DNA from: Dehalococcoidia bacterium
GTDB taxonomy: Bacteria; Chloroflexota; Dehalococcoidia; Lucifugimonadales; UBA3495
Direction: 5' to 3'
DNA: 41,731 bases
Assembly (NCBI GenBank): GCA_022821365.1
Contig: JAJEDS010000210.1
Span: 1-41,731 of the forward strand
The notes under the pieces were generated by a model. That model did no database searches. It was not told the DNA's origin and saw nothing but the letters and a program-made list of their open reading frames with translations. Shown piece after piece: positions 34,187 to 41,731 of the stretch (position 1 is its first letter; the number at the start of each line of letters is the position of its first letter). A program made the translations under genes and the position numbers.

Positions 34187-34756
34187 GTGGGTATTACCAT
34201 TCAATCCAGCATCGAACATATCGCAGCGGATCTTCTCATCGCCATTGGCGAAGATCCCCAGAGGCAGGGCCTGCGGGAAACGCCCCAGCGGGTGGCCCGC
34301 ATGTACCAGGAACTTTTTTCCGGCGTGGGCGTCGACCCCCAGGAGGCCATTGACGCCGTTTTCGACGAAGAAAGCGCCGACCCGGTAATCCTGCGCAACG
34401 TCCCCTTCTATTCCATGTGCGAACATCACCTGCTCCCCTTCTTCGGATCCGCCAGCCTGGCATATATTCCCAACGGCCGCATTGCCGGCATCAGCAAGCT
34501 TTCCCGAGCCCTGGACCTGGCCTGCCGCCGCCCCCAGGTGCAGGAACGGCTCACGGGACAGGTAGCCGACGCCATATTTTCGGCCCTGACCCCCCGGGGC
34601 GTGGTGGTGGAACTGGCGGCGGAACACCTGTGCATGGCCATGCGGGGCGTGCAGAAACCCGGCATCCGGATGGTAACCACCGCGCTGCGCGGCGACTTCG
34701 CCGGCGGCCAGTGGGACCGGGACAGCCTTCTGTCCCTGCTGCGGAGGGATGTCTGA
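34187..34756 (+). CDS. folE: GTP cyclohydrolase I
   Basis: GEDP.R.GL..TP.RVA.MY.E and YSMCEHHLLPF zinc motif. The track ORF begins inside thrC, so the GTG 34187 start (189 aa) is a guess. Confidence 0.85.
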   Translation: MGITIQSSIEHIAADLLIAIGEDPQRQGLRETPQRVARMYQELFSGVGVDPQEAIDAVFDEESADPVILRNVPFYSMCEHHLLPFFGSASLAYIPNGRIAGISKLSRALDLACRRPQVQERLTGQVADAIFSALTPRGVVVELAAEHLCMAMRGVQKPGIRMVTTALRGDFAGGQWDRDSLLSLLRRDV

Positions 34757-35747
34757 AGTGACCGAAGGCATTACGGCAACTCCCCTTAACTCCTTCGACC
34801 AGATCCGCGGCGAATGGCTGGACCTGCTGGAACAGTGCCCCGTCAACACTTTCTACCTGATGCCCCAGTGGCAGGAAATCTGGTGGGAGGCATTCCGCGA
34901 CCGCAGGGAGATGGCCGGCTTTTATTTGCAGCGGCCCGAGGGGGTAACCGCCATCGCTTCCCTGGCCCGCCAGGGAGAAGAACTGTCCTTCGTGGGCAAC
35001 ACCGAGACCTTCGACTACAACGATTTTATGATCCGGCCGGGTTGTGAGGACGACTTCTTTGCCGCCCTGATGGGCTGGCTGGAACGGGAAGACTTCAAAG
35101 CCCTGGAACTGCCTTCCCTGATCGAGAATTCCCCGACGCTGGCGTACCTGCCCGACCTGGCCCGCCAACGGGGTTACTCGGTGGAGATCTCCGAGGAGGA
35201 CGTAACCCCGGGTCTGGACTTGCCGGAAAGCTGGGACGACTACCTGGCCGGCCTGTCCAAGAAGAACCGCCACGAGCTGCGGCGCAAGCTGCGGAGGCTG
35301 GAATCGGCAGAAGGCTGGCGGTGGTACTGCGTCCAGGGAGCGGAGGAAGTAGCAGGCCGGCTGGAGGACTTCCTGGCCCTGATGCGTCAGAGCGCGCCCG
35401 ACAAGGCCGCCTACATGACCGGCGAGCGGGAGGCCTTCTTCCGCCGCATAACCCAGCGCACGGCGGAACTGGACCTGCTGCGGCTGTACTTCCTGGAAAT
35501 GGACGGGCAGGACGTGGCTTCGTCCCTGTGCTTCGACTACAACAGCGCCCGCTACCTGTACAACAGCGGCTATAACCCCGACTACGCCTACTACAGCGTC
35601 GGGCTGCTGCTCAACGCCCTGTGCCTGCGGGAGGCCATTGAGCAGGGAAAGACCTACTTTGACTTCCTGCGGGGACCCGAACCCTACAAGTACCACCTGG
35701 GCGGCCTCAACCGGACCATATACCACATGGTGGTAACCAAACCTTAA
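34749..35747 (+). CDS. GNAT-fold acyltransferase of the FemAB/CelD (BioF2-like) type
   Basis: 332 aa. N-terminal F..IR.EW..L...C..NTFYLMPQW...WW..F and the YNSGYNP...YSVG...C...I..G...FDFLRG core resemble CelD/Fem-like GNATs. Overlaps the folE stop by 8 nt. Confidence 0.6.
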   Translation: MSEVTEGITATPLNSFDQIRGEWLDLLEQCPVNTFYLMPQWQEIWWEAFRDRREMAGFYLQRPEGVTAIASLARQGEELSFVGNTETFDYNDFMIRPGCEDDFFAALMGWLEREDFKALELPSLIENSPTLAYLPDLARQRGYSVEISEEDVTPGLDLPESWDDYLAGLSKKNRHELRRKLRRLESAEGWRWYCVQGAEEVAGRLEDFLALMRQSAPDKAAYMTGEREAFFRRITQRTAELDLLRLYFLEMDGQDVASSLCFDYNSARYLYNSGYNPDYAYYSVGLLLNALCLREAIEQGKTYFDFLRGPEPYKYHLGGLNRTIYHMVVTKP

Positions 35748-35761
35748 GCGGTGGACCACAG

Positions 35762-36997
35762 TTGAACGAAGCAAGAGTAGCCTTTATATCCTTCCATGCC
35801 AGCCCCCTGGCGGCGCCGGGCGAGGGCAAGGCGGGAGGAATGAACGTGTACGTCCGGCAGCTGGCCCGTGCCCTGGGCGACGCGGGCGTCCCCGTGGACG
35901 TTTTCACCCGTGAGTACCGCCCCGGCGCGGCGCCGGAGGACATGATCGAGCGCATCTCCCCCAGCGCCCGGGTCATCCACCTGCCCGCCGGCGACCCGGA
36001 CACCCCCATGGACGATTTCTTCGGCCTGCTGCCTTCCTTCCTGGCGGAAATGCAGGCTTTCACCCTGCGTAACGTCCTGACCTACCGGGCCGTCCACTCC
36101 CACTACTGGCTGTCGGGCTGGCTGGGGCAGAGATTCGGCCGGTGGCTGGAAATACCCCAAGTCATCACCTTCCACACCCTGTCCCGCATCAAGATGCAGT
36201 CGCGCCCCGGCGAGCGGGAACCCCTGCAGCGGCAGGAGGTGGAGGAGGAGTTGATCGCCTCCGCCGACCGCATCGTCGCCTTCAGTCCCCACGAGCGGGA
36301 CGCCATGGCCCGCCTTTACGGCGGGGACGTCAGCAAAATCCAGCTGGCGCCCTGCGGGGTGGACCTGGGCAGGTTCCGGCCCCTGGACCGGGAGGAGTCG
36401 CGCCAACGCCTGGGCCTTAACGGCGACAAGGTGCTGCTGTTCGTGGGCCGCATCGAGTCCCTGAAGGGAGTGGAATTGCTGGTCCGCACCACGGCCCACC
36501 TGGACACGTGTGAACCTGTCAAGGTGCTGGTGGTGGGCGACGATAACGGACAGGACCGGGAGGTCGACCGCCTGCGGGAACTGGCGGAAACGCTGGAAGT
36601 GGGCGACAGCATCGACTTTGTGGGACGGGTGGCCCAGGATGAGCTGCCCGTCTATTACAGCGCGGCCGATGTTTGTGTAGTGCCGTCCTTTTACGAGAGT
36701 TTCGGCCTGGCCGCCCTGGAGTCCATGGCCTGCGGCACTCCCGTGGTGGCTTCCCGAGTGGGAGGGCTGTCCACTGTCGTCCAGCACGGCAGCACGGGCT
36801 ACCTCAAGGCCTGGCGGTGTCCGGAAGCTTTCGCCAATTCCGTGGAAATGCTAATATCCAGCAAAAGCCTCCAGCACAGCATGGGTCTGGCCGCCCGTCG
36901 CCGGGCCGAGGACATGAGCTGGGACAAGGTGGCCGAACGAATCGCCGAAATCTACGACACCCTGGCCGCCGAAAGGGCCGCGGCCAACGCGACCTGA
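35762..36997 (+). CDS. GT4-family glycosyltransferase (MshA/BshA-like N-terminal signature)
   Basis: RVAFISFHASPLAAPGEGKAGGMNVYVRQLARALGDAGVPVDVFTR and C-terminal PSFYESFGLAALESMACGTPVV (E-x7-E). TTG start. Confidence 0.8.
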   Translation: MNEARVAFISFHASPLAAPGEGKAGGMNVYVRQLARALGDAGVPVDVFTREYRPGAAPEDMIERISPSARVIHLPAGDPDTPMDDFFGLLPSFLAEMQAFTLRNVLTYRAVHSHYWLSGWLGQRFGRWLEIPQVITFHTLSRIKMQSRPGEREPLQRQEVEEELIASADRIVAFSPHERDAMARLYGGDVSKIQLAPCGVDLGRFRPLDREESRQRLGLNGDKVLLFVGRIESLKGVELLVRTTAHLDTCEPVKVLVVGDDNGQDREVDRLRELAETLEVGDSIDFVGRVAQDELPVYYSAADVCVVPSFYESFGLAALESMACGTPVVASRVGGLSTVVQHGSTGYLKAWRCPEAFANSVEMLISSKSLQHSMGLAARRRAEDMSWDKVAERIAEIYDTLAAERAAANAT

Positions 36998-37216
36998 TGT
37001 AGTCTAGCGAACATTTCCGGGAGCCGCAGCTTCCCAAAACTCCGCGCCGATTCCGTCTCTTTCCCGCGGGGCTTGTTCCCAGAAGACAAAGTTCTGCTGG
37101 GGCGGCACGTGTCCTTCGCAAAAAGTTCCCGCCCGGTTGATACGGTATCTGTAATCCCGGGTGGGGGCCATCCCGACTCAAACCCGCACCCCGTCCAGAA
37201 GGAAAGGCAATCAGCC

Positions 37217-37888
37217 ATGGCCAGGCCCAAGCGACAGCCCCGGTCATTCCCCGGGAACATCATCGTCCACGTCGAGACCACGCTGGCGGCGGGTCTGCTG
37301 GTCATACTGCCCCTATTTATAACCATCTGGATCCTCAAGTTCATATTCGACCTGGTGGATCCGGTTATCCAGGCCATACTGCTCACCTACCTGCCTATTC
37401 CCCACCCGCCCGGCACTGGTGTGGCCCTCATGCTGGTGCTGCTCTACGTCGCCGGATGGTTCACCACCCACGGTCTGGGCCAAAGAATGATAAACGGTGT
37501 GCACTGGCTCATGGAGCGCGTCCCGGGCGTGGGCAGCATCTACAGCCCGCTGCGCACCGCCATGCAGACCCTTTCCCGCTCCGAAGAACACCCCTACCGT
37601 GGGGTGGTGCTGGTGGAGTTTCCCCGCAAGGGGTCCAAGTCCATCGGCCTGGTCACTTCGTACCTGGGCGAGACCGACGGCGAAGACATGGTGGCGGTGT
37701 ACGTGCCCACCACACCCGTACCCTCCTCCGGGTTCCTGATCGTTGTGCCCTACGCGGAAGTAACCTTTACCCAGATCAGCGTGGACGACGCCATGAGGAT
37801 AATCATCTCGGGCGGCCTGCTGGCCGGATCGCTGCTGGGACAATCGGACCTGCACGTCCCCGAACTCGACGAGCACGACCACGATTGA
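37217..37888 (+). CDS. DUF502-family membrane protein
   Basis: LPLFITIWIL, two or three TM helices, and VPTTPVPSSGFL motif. ATG 37217. Confidence 0.7.
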   Translation: MARPKRQPRSFPGNIIVHVETTLAAGLLVILPLFITIWILKFIFDLVDPVIQAILLTYLPIPHPPGTGVALMLVLLYVAGWFTTHGLGQRMINGVHWLMERVPGVGSIYSPLRTAMQTLSRSEEHPYRGVVLVEFPRKGSKSIGLVTSYLGETDGEDMVAVYVPTTPVPSSGFLIVVPYAEVTFTQISVDDAMRIIISGGLLAGSLLGQSDLHVPELDEHDHD

Positions 37889-38031
37889 CCACCTCCGACC
37901 GGACATGACAGACCCTCCCGCCACATTTCCCTGCCCCTGAAGGCGCAAGCCGCCCGGCTTGTCCCCTGCAAGCTTGAAAGGTATGATTAGGGTAGCCGGA
38001 ACTCCTATCCAACACTCCAAAACAGGAAACG

Positions 38032-38319
38032 GTGAGACCATTGGTGGATACAAACCTCCTGGGGTATATCGGAATAATCTTCACCATAGTGGCGGTGGGT
38101 GTCAGCCTGGGCGGACTGGTGCTGAAGCTTCACAATGACAGCAACCGGCGCCTGGACTCAACCAACCAGCGAATTGACGTCACCAATACGAGAATTGACG
38201 ATACCAACAAGAGAATTGACGAATTCAACGTCAGGTTCGTAGAACTGGAAAAGGGTCAGGCCCGGCTGGAGGGTTTCCTGGCAGGTATGCAGGGCCGAAC
38301 GCCACCGTCCGACCAGTAA
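38032..38319 (+). CDS. small N-terminally anchored coiled-coil protein with 21-bp (heptad) tandem array
   Basis: TM helix LGYIGIIFTIVAVGVSLGGLVL, then SNRRLDS TNQRIDV TNTRIDD TNKRIDE FNVRFVE, encoded by 21-bp tandem units at 38140-38244. Confidence 0.5.
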   Translation: MRPLVDTNLLGYIGIIFTIVAVGVSLGGLVLKLHNDSNRRLDSTNQRIDVTNTRIDDTNKRIDEFNVRFVELEKGQARLEGFLAGMQGRTPPSDQ

Positions 38320-38381
38320 CACGAACCCCGCAACAAGTAACCCGTCCCTGGAACAATGGGTCCCGATTAAGGAGTTAATAG

Positions 38382-39089
38382 ATGGAAGAAACCCCGCAGC
38401 GCGTACTGGTAGTCACTCCCCATCCCGATGACGCGGAGATATGGTGCGGCGGCACCCTGGCCCGGTGGATTGGCCAGGGCTCCGAGGTGGTGTACGTTGT
38501 TTGCACCGACGGCGGCAAGGGCACCGACAAGCCCGGAATCACCGCCGAGGAGCTTGCAGCCACCAGGGACAGGGAGCAGACGGCCGCCGCAGAAGTGCTG
38601 GGGGTACGGGAGATAGTAAAGCTGGGTTACTCCGACGGGGAACTGGATGATACCGCCGACTTCCGCAAGCACCTGGTACGGCAGATACGGCGGGTGCAGC
38701 CCGAGGTGGTGATGGTCACCGAGCCCTACGTGCGCAGCATGGTATGGCATCGCGACCACCGCATAGCCGGGCAGGTGGCTCTGGACGCCGTCTTCCCCTA
38801 CGCCCGAGACCATCTCCACTTTGGCGAGCTATGGAGCGAAGAGGGTCTGGAACCGCACAAGACGGGCGCCATCCTCTTCTGGGGCACGGAGCAGGCCAAC
38901 ACCTTCATCGACATTGGCGAGACCATGGAGGTCAAGCTGGCCGCCGTCCAGGCCCACCGGAGCCAGGTGGCCGACCACCCGGAGCGGGAGGTGGTGGACT
39001 ACGTGTACAGCCGCGCCCGGGACGCAGGCGCTGAAGGGGGCTGCGAATACGCCGAGGCCTTCCGACGCGTCAACTTCCGCACCGGCTAG
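38382..39089 (+). CDS. PIG-L/LmbE-family N-acetylglucosaminyl deacetylase
   Basis: VLVVTPHPDDAEIWCGGTLA and later HRDH zinc-site motifs. AAGGAG upstream. Confidence 0.85.
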   Translation: MEETPQRVLVVTPHPDDAEIWCGGTLARWIGQGSEVVYVVCTDGGKGTDKPGITAEELAATRDREQTAAAEVLGVREIVKLGYSDGELDDTADFRKHLVRQIRRVQPEVVMVTEPYVRSMVWHRDHRIAGQVALDAVFPYARDHLHFGELWSEEGLEPHKTGAILFWGTEQANTFIDIGETMEVKLAAVQAHRSQVADHPEREVVDYVYSRARDAGAEGGCEYAEAFRRVNFRTG

Positions 39090-39095
39090 GAGTGT

Positions 39096-39229
39096 TTATC
39101 CACGAATAAACACGAATGTTCACTAATTTGATGGCTGCTTGAGAGGATGGTCGGTTCGCTATGCCGAGTCCCTTGCTCATTTAAGCACCTGAAAGACATT
39201 AGTGAGAATTCGTGCCTATTCGTGGATTG
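39096..39229. repeat. CACGAA-heptad inverted-repeat element (family A) between convergent PIG-L and DUF885 genes
   Basis: Arms TTATCCACGAATAAACACGAATGTTCACTAAT (39096-39127) and ATTAGTGAGAATTCGTGCCTATTCGTGGATT (39199-39229) are about 28/31 complementary, with a 71-bp centre. Confidence 0.85.
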
Positions 39230-39235
39230 AGCGCC

Positions 39236-40906
39236 CTACAGCGGCCCTTCGCCCGGGTTGGCCAGCATTGCCTCCCGCAGCAGGGGCAGGGGAGGCGCGC
39301 CGTAGGAGAGCAGCCTGTCGTGGAAGCCCTTCAGGGAGTAGGCGGCGCCCTGCTCCCGCCGGTAGTCCTCCCGCAGCTTGAGAATCATCAGCTTGCCCAG
39401 GGTGTAGTTCAGGTAGCCCGGGTCAAAAGTGCCGCGAAGAGCCTCCCTGCGGGCCGGCAGTTCCTCCATGTAAGCGTTGTCCATGAAGAAGCGGGTGGCC
39501 TCGTCCACTGTCATGCCCTGAGTGTGCATGCCCAGGGCGCACAGGTAGCGGCAGTTGCGCACCAGGGCCTCCAGAAGCTGGGTTACCTGCAGGGCCGCCT
39601 GGCCCTTGGCGTACTCCGTCTCCACCATCATCTCCTCGGTGTAGTGGGCCCACCCTTCGGTGAAGGCGTAGGACGATGCCACCCGGTTCACCAGGGGCAG
39701 GTCCCGCCCGTAGCTGTTGTGCAGGTGGTGGACGAAGTGCCCGGGGTAGACCTCGTGGATGGAGATGATGCGCAGGGTGTCGTAGTTGAAGTTGGACAAC
39801 CATTCCTCCGCCTGGGCGTCGGTCCAGTCCTCTGCCACCGGGGTCACGTAGTAGTAGGACTCGGTGGCGCGGGTTTCCAGGGAGCCGGGGCTGTCCATGG
39901 CGGCGAAGGCATAGCGCATGTAGGTAGGGGTCTCGATAACCTGGCAGCGGTCCTCCGACGGCAGGGAGATAATGTCAAAGTCCAGCAGGGACCGGCGAAT
40001 GTCCTCAAGCATGGCCCGGGTTTCGGGTATCAGGGCATCTGCGGCAGGGTGGTTGCGGCCAATGTCGGCCACAATGTCGCGGATGGACCGGCCTGGGGCA
40101 ACGGCGGCCGCGGCCTCCGCCAGCCTCTCCAGGTTGCGCTCCAGGTTGGCCTGGCCCAGGGCGATGATGTCCCGCAGCGGCGCCGTCAGTCCCTCGCCGT
40201 AGGCCAGCATGTCCGAATATAGCTGGGGGCCAATGGCGAAGTCGCCCTCCGCTCCCCCGGGCAGGCGGGCCAGGCGCTCTTCCAGCCTGGCCACGAAACC
40301 TTCCAGGGATTGGGCCGCCTGCTCCCTGGCCTGGTTGAAGCTGGCCAGGGTTGCAGCGTCGTCCACGCCGCTGGCCGACTGGTCCAGGTCCACCCGGTAG
40401 AAGCGGGCCATGCCCCGATAGCTTTCAATGCTCATCTCCAGCACGGGGCGGCTCAGTTCCCGCGCCAGGGCCCCGTCCAGCACGTTGAGAAAGTCGGGGA
40501 CCTGCTCCAGAACCCGGGTGGCGGCGCGCAGGCGGTCCACCAGGGGAGCGTAGTCCCGCTTGACGTAGCCCCCGACGTTCAGGTAGCCCACCTGCCGCAT
40601 GGGGTTGTTCTCCAGGGGCCGCATATCTTCCAGGTTGAACAGTTCGCGGCGCAGGAACAGTTCCAGCAGGCGGTGGGTCAGCCGCTCCTCCGGCTCCGAC
40701 CCGTTGCCGGCGCTCCCGCCGGCCAGGCCCGAAAGCTGGGCCAGTCCCCGGCGCAGTTCCTCGATGCGGCGGGTTATGCGATGGGGCGACAGGTCGGGCA
40801 GCTGCCCGTCGTACTCGTGGCGGCCAATGCGGGAACCGGCGGTGGGATAGAAGTCCCAGTGTTCCTTGACCAAACGCTGGGCCAGGTTGTCAAAGGCAGC
40901 GTTCAT
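39236..40906 (-). CDS. DUF885-family (metallopeptidase-like) protein
   Basis: 556 aa. IHEVYPGHFVHH motif characteristic of DUF885. Confidence 0.8.
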   Translation of the reverse strand: MNAAFDNLAQRLVKEHWDFYPTAGSRIGRHEYDGQLPDLSPHRITRRIEELRRGLAQLSGLAGGSAGNGSEPEERLTHRLLELFLRRELFNLEDMRPLENNPMRQVGYLNVGGYVKRDYAPLVDRLRAATRVLEQVPDFLNVLDGALARELSRPVLEMSIESYRGMARFYRVDLDQSASGVDDAATLASFNQAREQAAQSLEGFVARLEERLARLPGGAEGDFAIGPQLYSDMLAYGEGLTAPLRDIIALGQANLERNLERLAEAAAAVAPGRSIRDIVADIGRNHPAADALIPETRAMLEDIRRSLLDFDIISLPSEDRCQVIETPTYMRYAFAAMDSPGSLETRATESYYYVTPVAEDWTDAQAEEWLSNFNYDTLRIISIHEVYPGHFVHHLHNSYGRDLPLVNRVASSYAFTEGWAHYTEEMMVETEYAKGQAALQVTQLLEALVRNCRYLCALGMHTQGMTVDEATRFFMDNAYMEELPARREALRGTFDPGYLNYTLGKLMILKLREDYRREQGAAYSLKGFHDRLLSYGAPPLPLLREAMLANPGEGPL

Positions 40907-40920
40907 AGTTTTTTCTCTCT

Positions 40921-41087
40921 ATCCACGAAGGAACACGAAGAAGCACGAAGGCGCTGTCTTGGCTTCATTTCCACAGAGCTTTCGGTCTGGAATCCAGTCA
41001 AGCCCAGCCCGAAGTCAGCCTATTGGTGAACATTCGTGTCAATTAGTGGACAAAACCTCTTCGTGCTTCTTCGTGTCCTTCGTGGAT
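40921..41087. repeat. CACGAAG-heptad inverted-repeat element (family A) between EthD and DUF885 genes
   Basis: Arms ATCCACGAAGGAACACGAAGAAGCACGAAGG (40921-40951) and CCTCTTCGTGCTTCTTCGTGTCCTTCGTGGAT (41056-41087) are near-perfect complements with one indel. The interior also has GGTGAACATTCGTG, related to the arms at 39096 and 33052. Confidence 0.9.
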
Positions 41088-41093
41088 TAACCT

Positions 41094-41405
41094 TTAGACC
41101 AGTTCGCTGATCTGGATTTGGGGGCGGATGTCGGTGTAGTTGGCGGTGTCGCCCATCAGTTCGCGGCCGTGGGTCTTGAAGCCCTCGTGGACCTCGTCGG
41201 TGGTGTTGAAGTACAGGTTGCCCACGGCGACGAAGGGGGCCGGCGCGTTGGGGTCGGCGGAACTGACGCCGTTCTCGATTTCGCTGCGCAACAGACCCAT
41301 GGAGTCCAGCCGCTGGTGGACCAGGGGCATGTGGGTGCCGGTGTAGTAGTCCATGTCGAACTTCTTGCCCTCTTCATTGGGGTACAGGAAGGATACCTTG
41401 ATCAT
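41094..41405 (-). CDS. EthD-family protein
   Basis: 103 aa. MIKVSFLYPN...FDMDYY...H.PLV pattern of the EthD/TIGR02118-type family. Confidence 0.75.
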   Translation of the reverse strand: MIKVSFLYPNEEGKKFDMDYYTGTHMPLVHQRLDSMGLLRSEIENGVSSADPNAPAPFVAVGNLYFNTTDEVHEGFKTHGRELMGDTANYTDIRPQIQISELV

Positions 41406-41562
41406 GGGGAAACTCCTTTGCGTTTAGTGGCCTGGGTACGGGCAATTTTACAACAGGGGTAGGGGAGTGGCTATAAGGAGGGCAAGAAGGTCTGGCCCTA
41501 CGATGGTCCTCGCCCCTGGCCAGGGTAGATACGCTCCTTGCCCTCACACCCCGCCCCAAGAG

Positions 41563-41731
41563 TTATCCACGAAGGGCACGAAGGGGCACGAAGATGGGAT
41601 TTTTTGATAATCGTTCCATTTGGTTCCGTTTTGACCCATTTGGGAGGATTTATCCACGAAGGGCACGAAGGGCACGAAGGTGGGATTTTTTAATAATGGT
41701 TCCATTTGGTTCCGTTTTGGCCCACGACCCA
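41563..41731. repeat. about 86-bp tandem direct repeat (2 copies, second cut by window end), each starting with a family A arm
   Basis: Copy A 41563-41648 and copy B 41649-41731: TTATCCACGAAGGGCACGAAGGGGCACGAAG(A/G)TGGGATTTTTT(G/A)ATAAT(C/G)GTTCCATTTGGTTCCGTTTTG(A/G)CCCA, about 90% identical. Confidence 0.9.

Noticed and set aside
40921-41731. Short CACGAAG-type repeats considered as a possible CRISPR array
   Set aside because: The units are 7-10 bp heptads arranged as inverted arms, or 86-bp tandem units without unique spacers. No cas genes are present, so this does not have CRISPR architecture.
1-41731. Looked for rRNA, tmRNA, RNase P RNA, transposase/integrase, reverse transcriptase, cas genes and phage structural genes
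   Set aside because: None recognised by eye on either strand. Absence of small structured RNAs cannot be proven without covariance-model searches.

Overview
GC-rich (about 60% by eye) bacterial chromosomal segment. Gene content and repeat types suggest a Chloroflexota-like organism, but that is a low-confidence inference. The backbone is housekeeping: a consensus promoter followed by tRNA-Thr/Tyr/Thr, tuf, rpmG, secE, nusG and rplKAJL (9.36-15.1 kb), then apt, glyA, rpsF-ssb-rpsR and hom-thrC-folE. Metabolic genes include a flavin reductase, two divergent split TPP-decarboxylase (ComDE-like) pairs, a MetE-like methyltransferase, a dienelactone hydrolase, an MBL hydrolase, an NHL propeller, a DUF1800/DUF1501 pair, a HAD-IIA hydrolase, DUF885 and EthD. 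Visibly AT-richer inserts carry accessory genes: HigBA, a VapBC-like pair, three paralogous retropepsin-like mini-proteases, a NYN-domain gene, and several small membrane or coiled-coil ORFs. Intergenic DNA holds at least three hairpin/inverted-repeat families: CACGAAG-heptad IR elements, ACAGGAT-heptad IR elements, and short GC-rich REP-like hairpins. I saw no rRNA, CRISPR array, transposase or integrase. The points most worth a second look are: (1) a folE-linked cluster of a Fem/CelD-like acyltransferase, a GT4 and a PIG-L deacetylase; (2) the protease paralog family beside TA modules; (3) IR elements bracketing DUF885 and sitting at both ComDE-like loci; (4) rpmG interrupted by a 2-nt insertion; (5) a small membrane ORF between a terminator-ended leader and rplJ. 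All function calls come from motif recognition by eye, with no database search.
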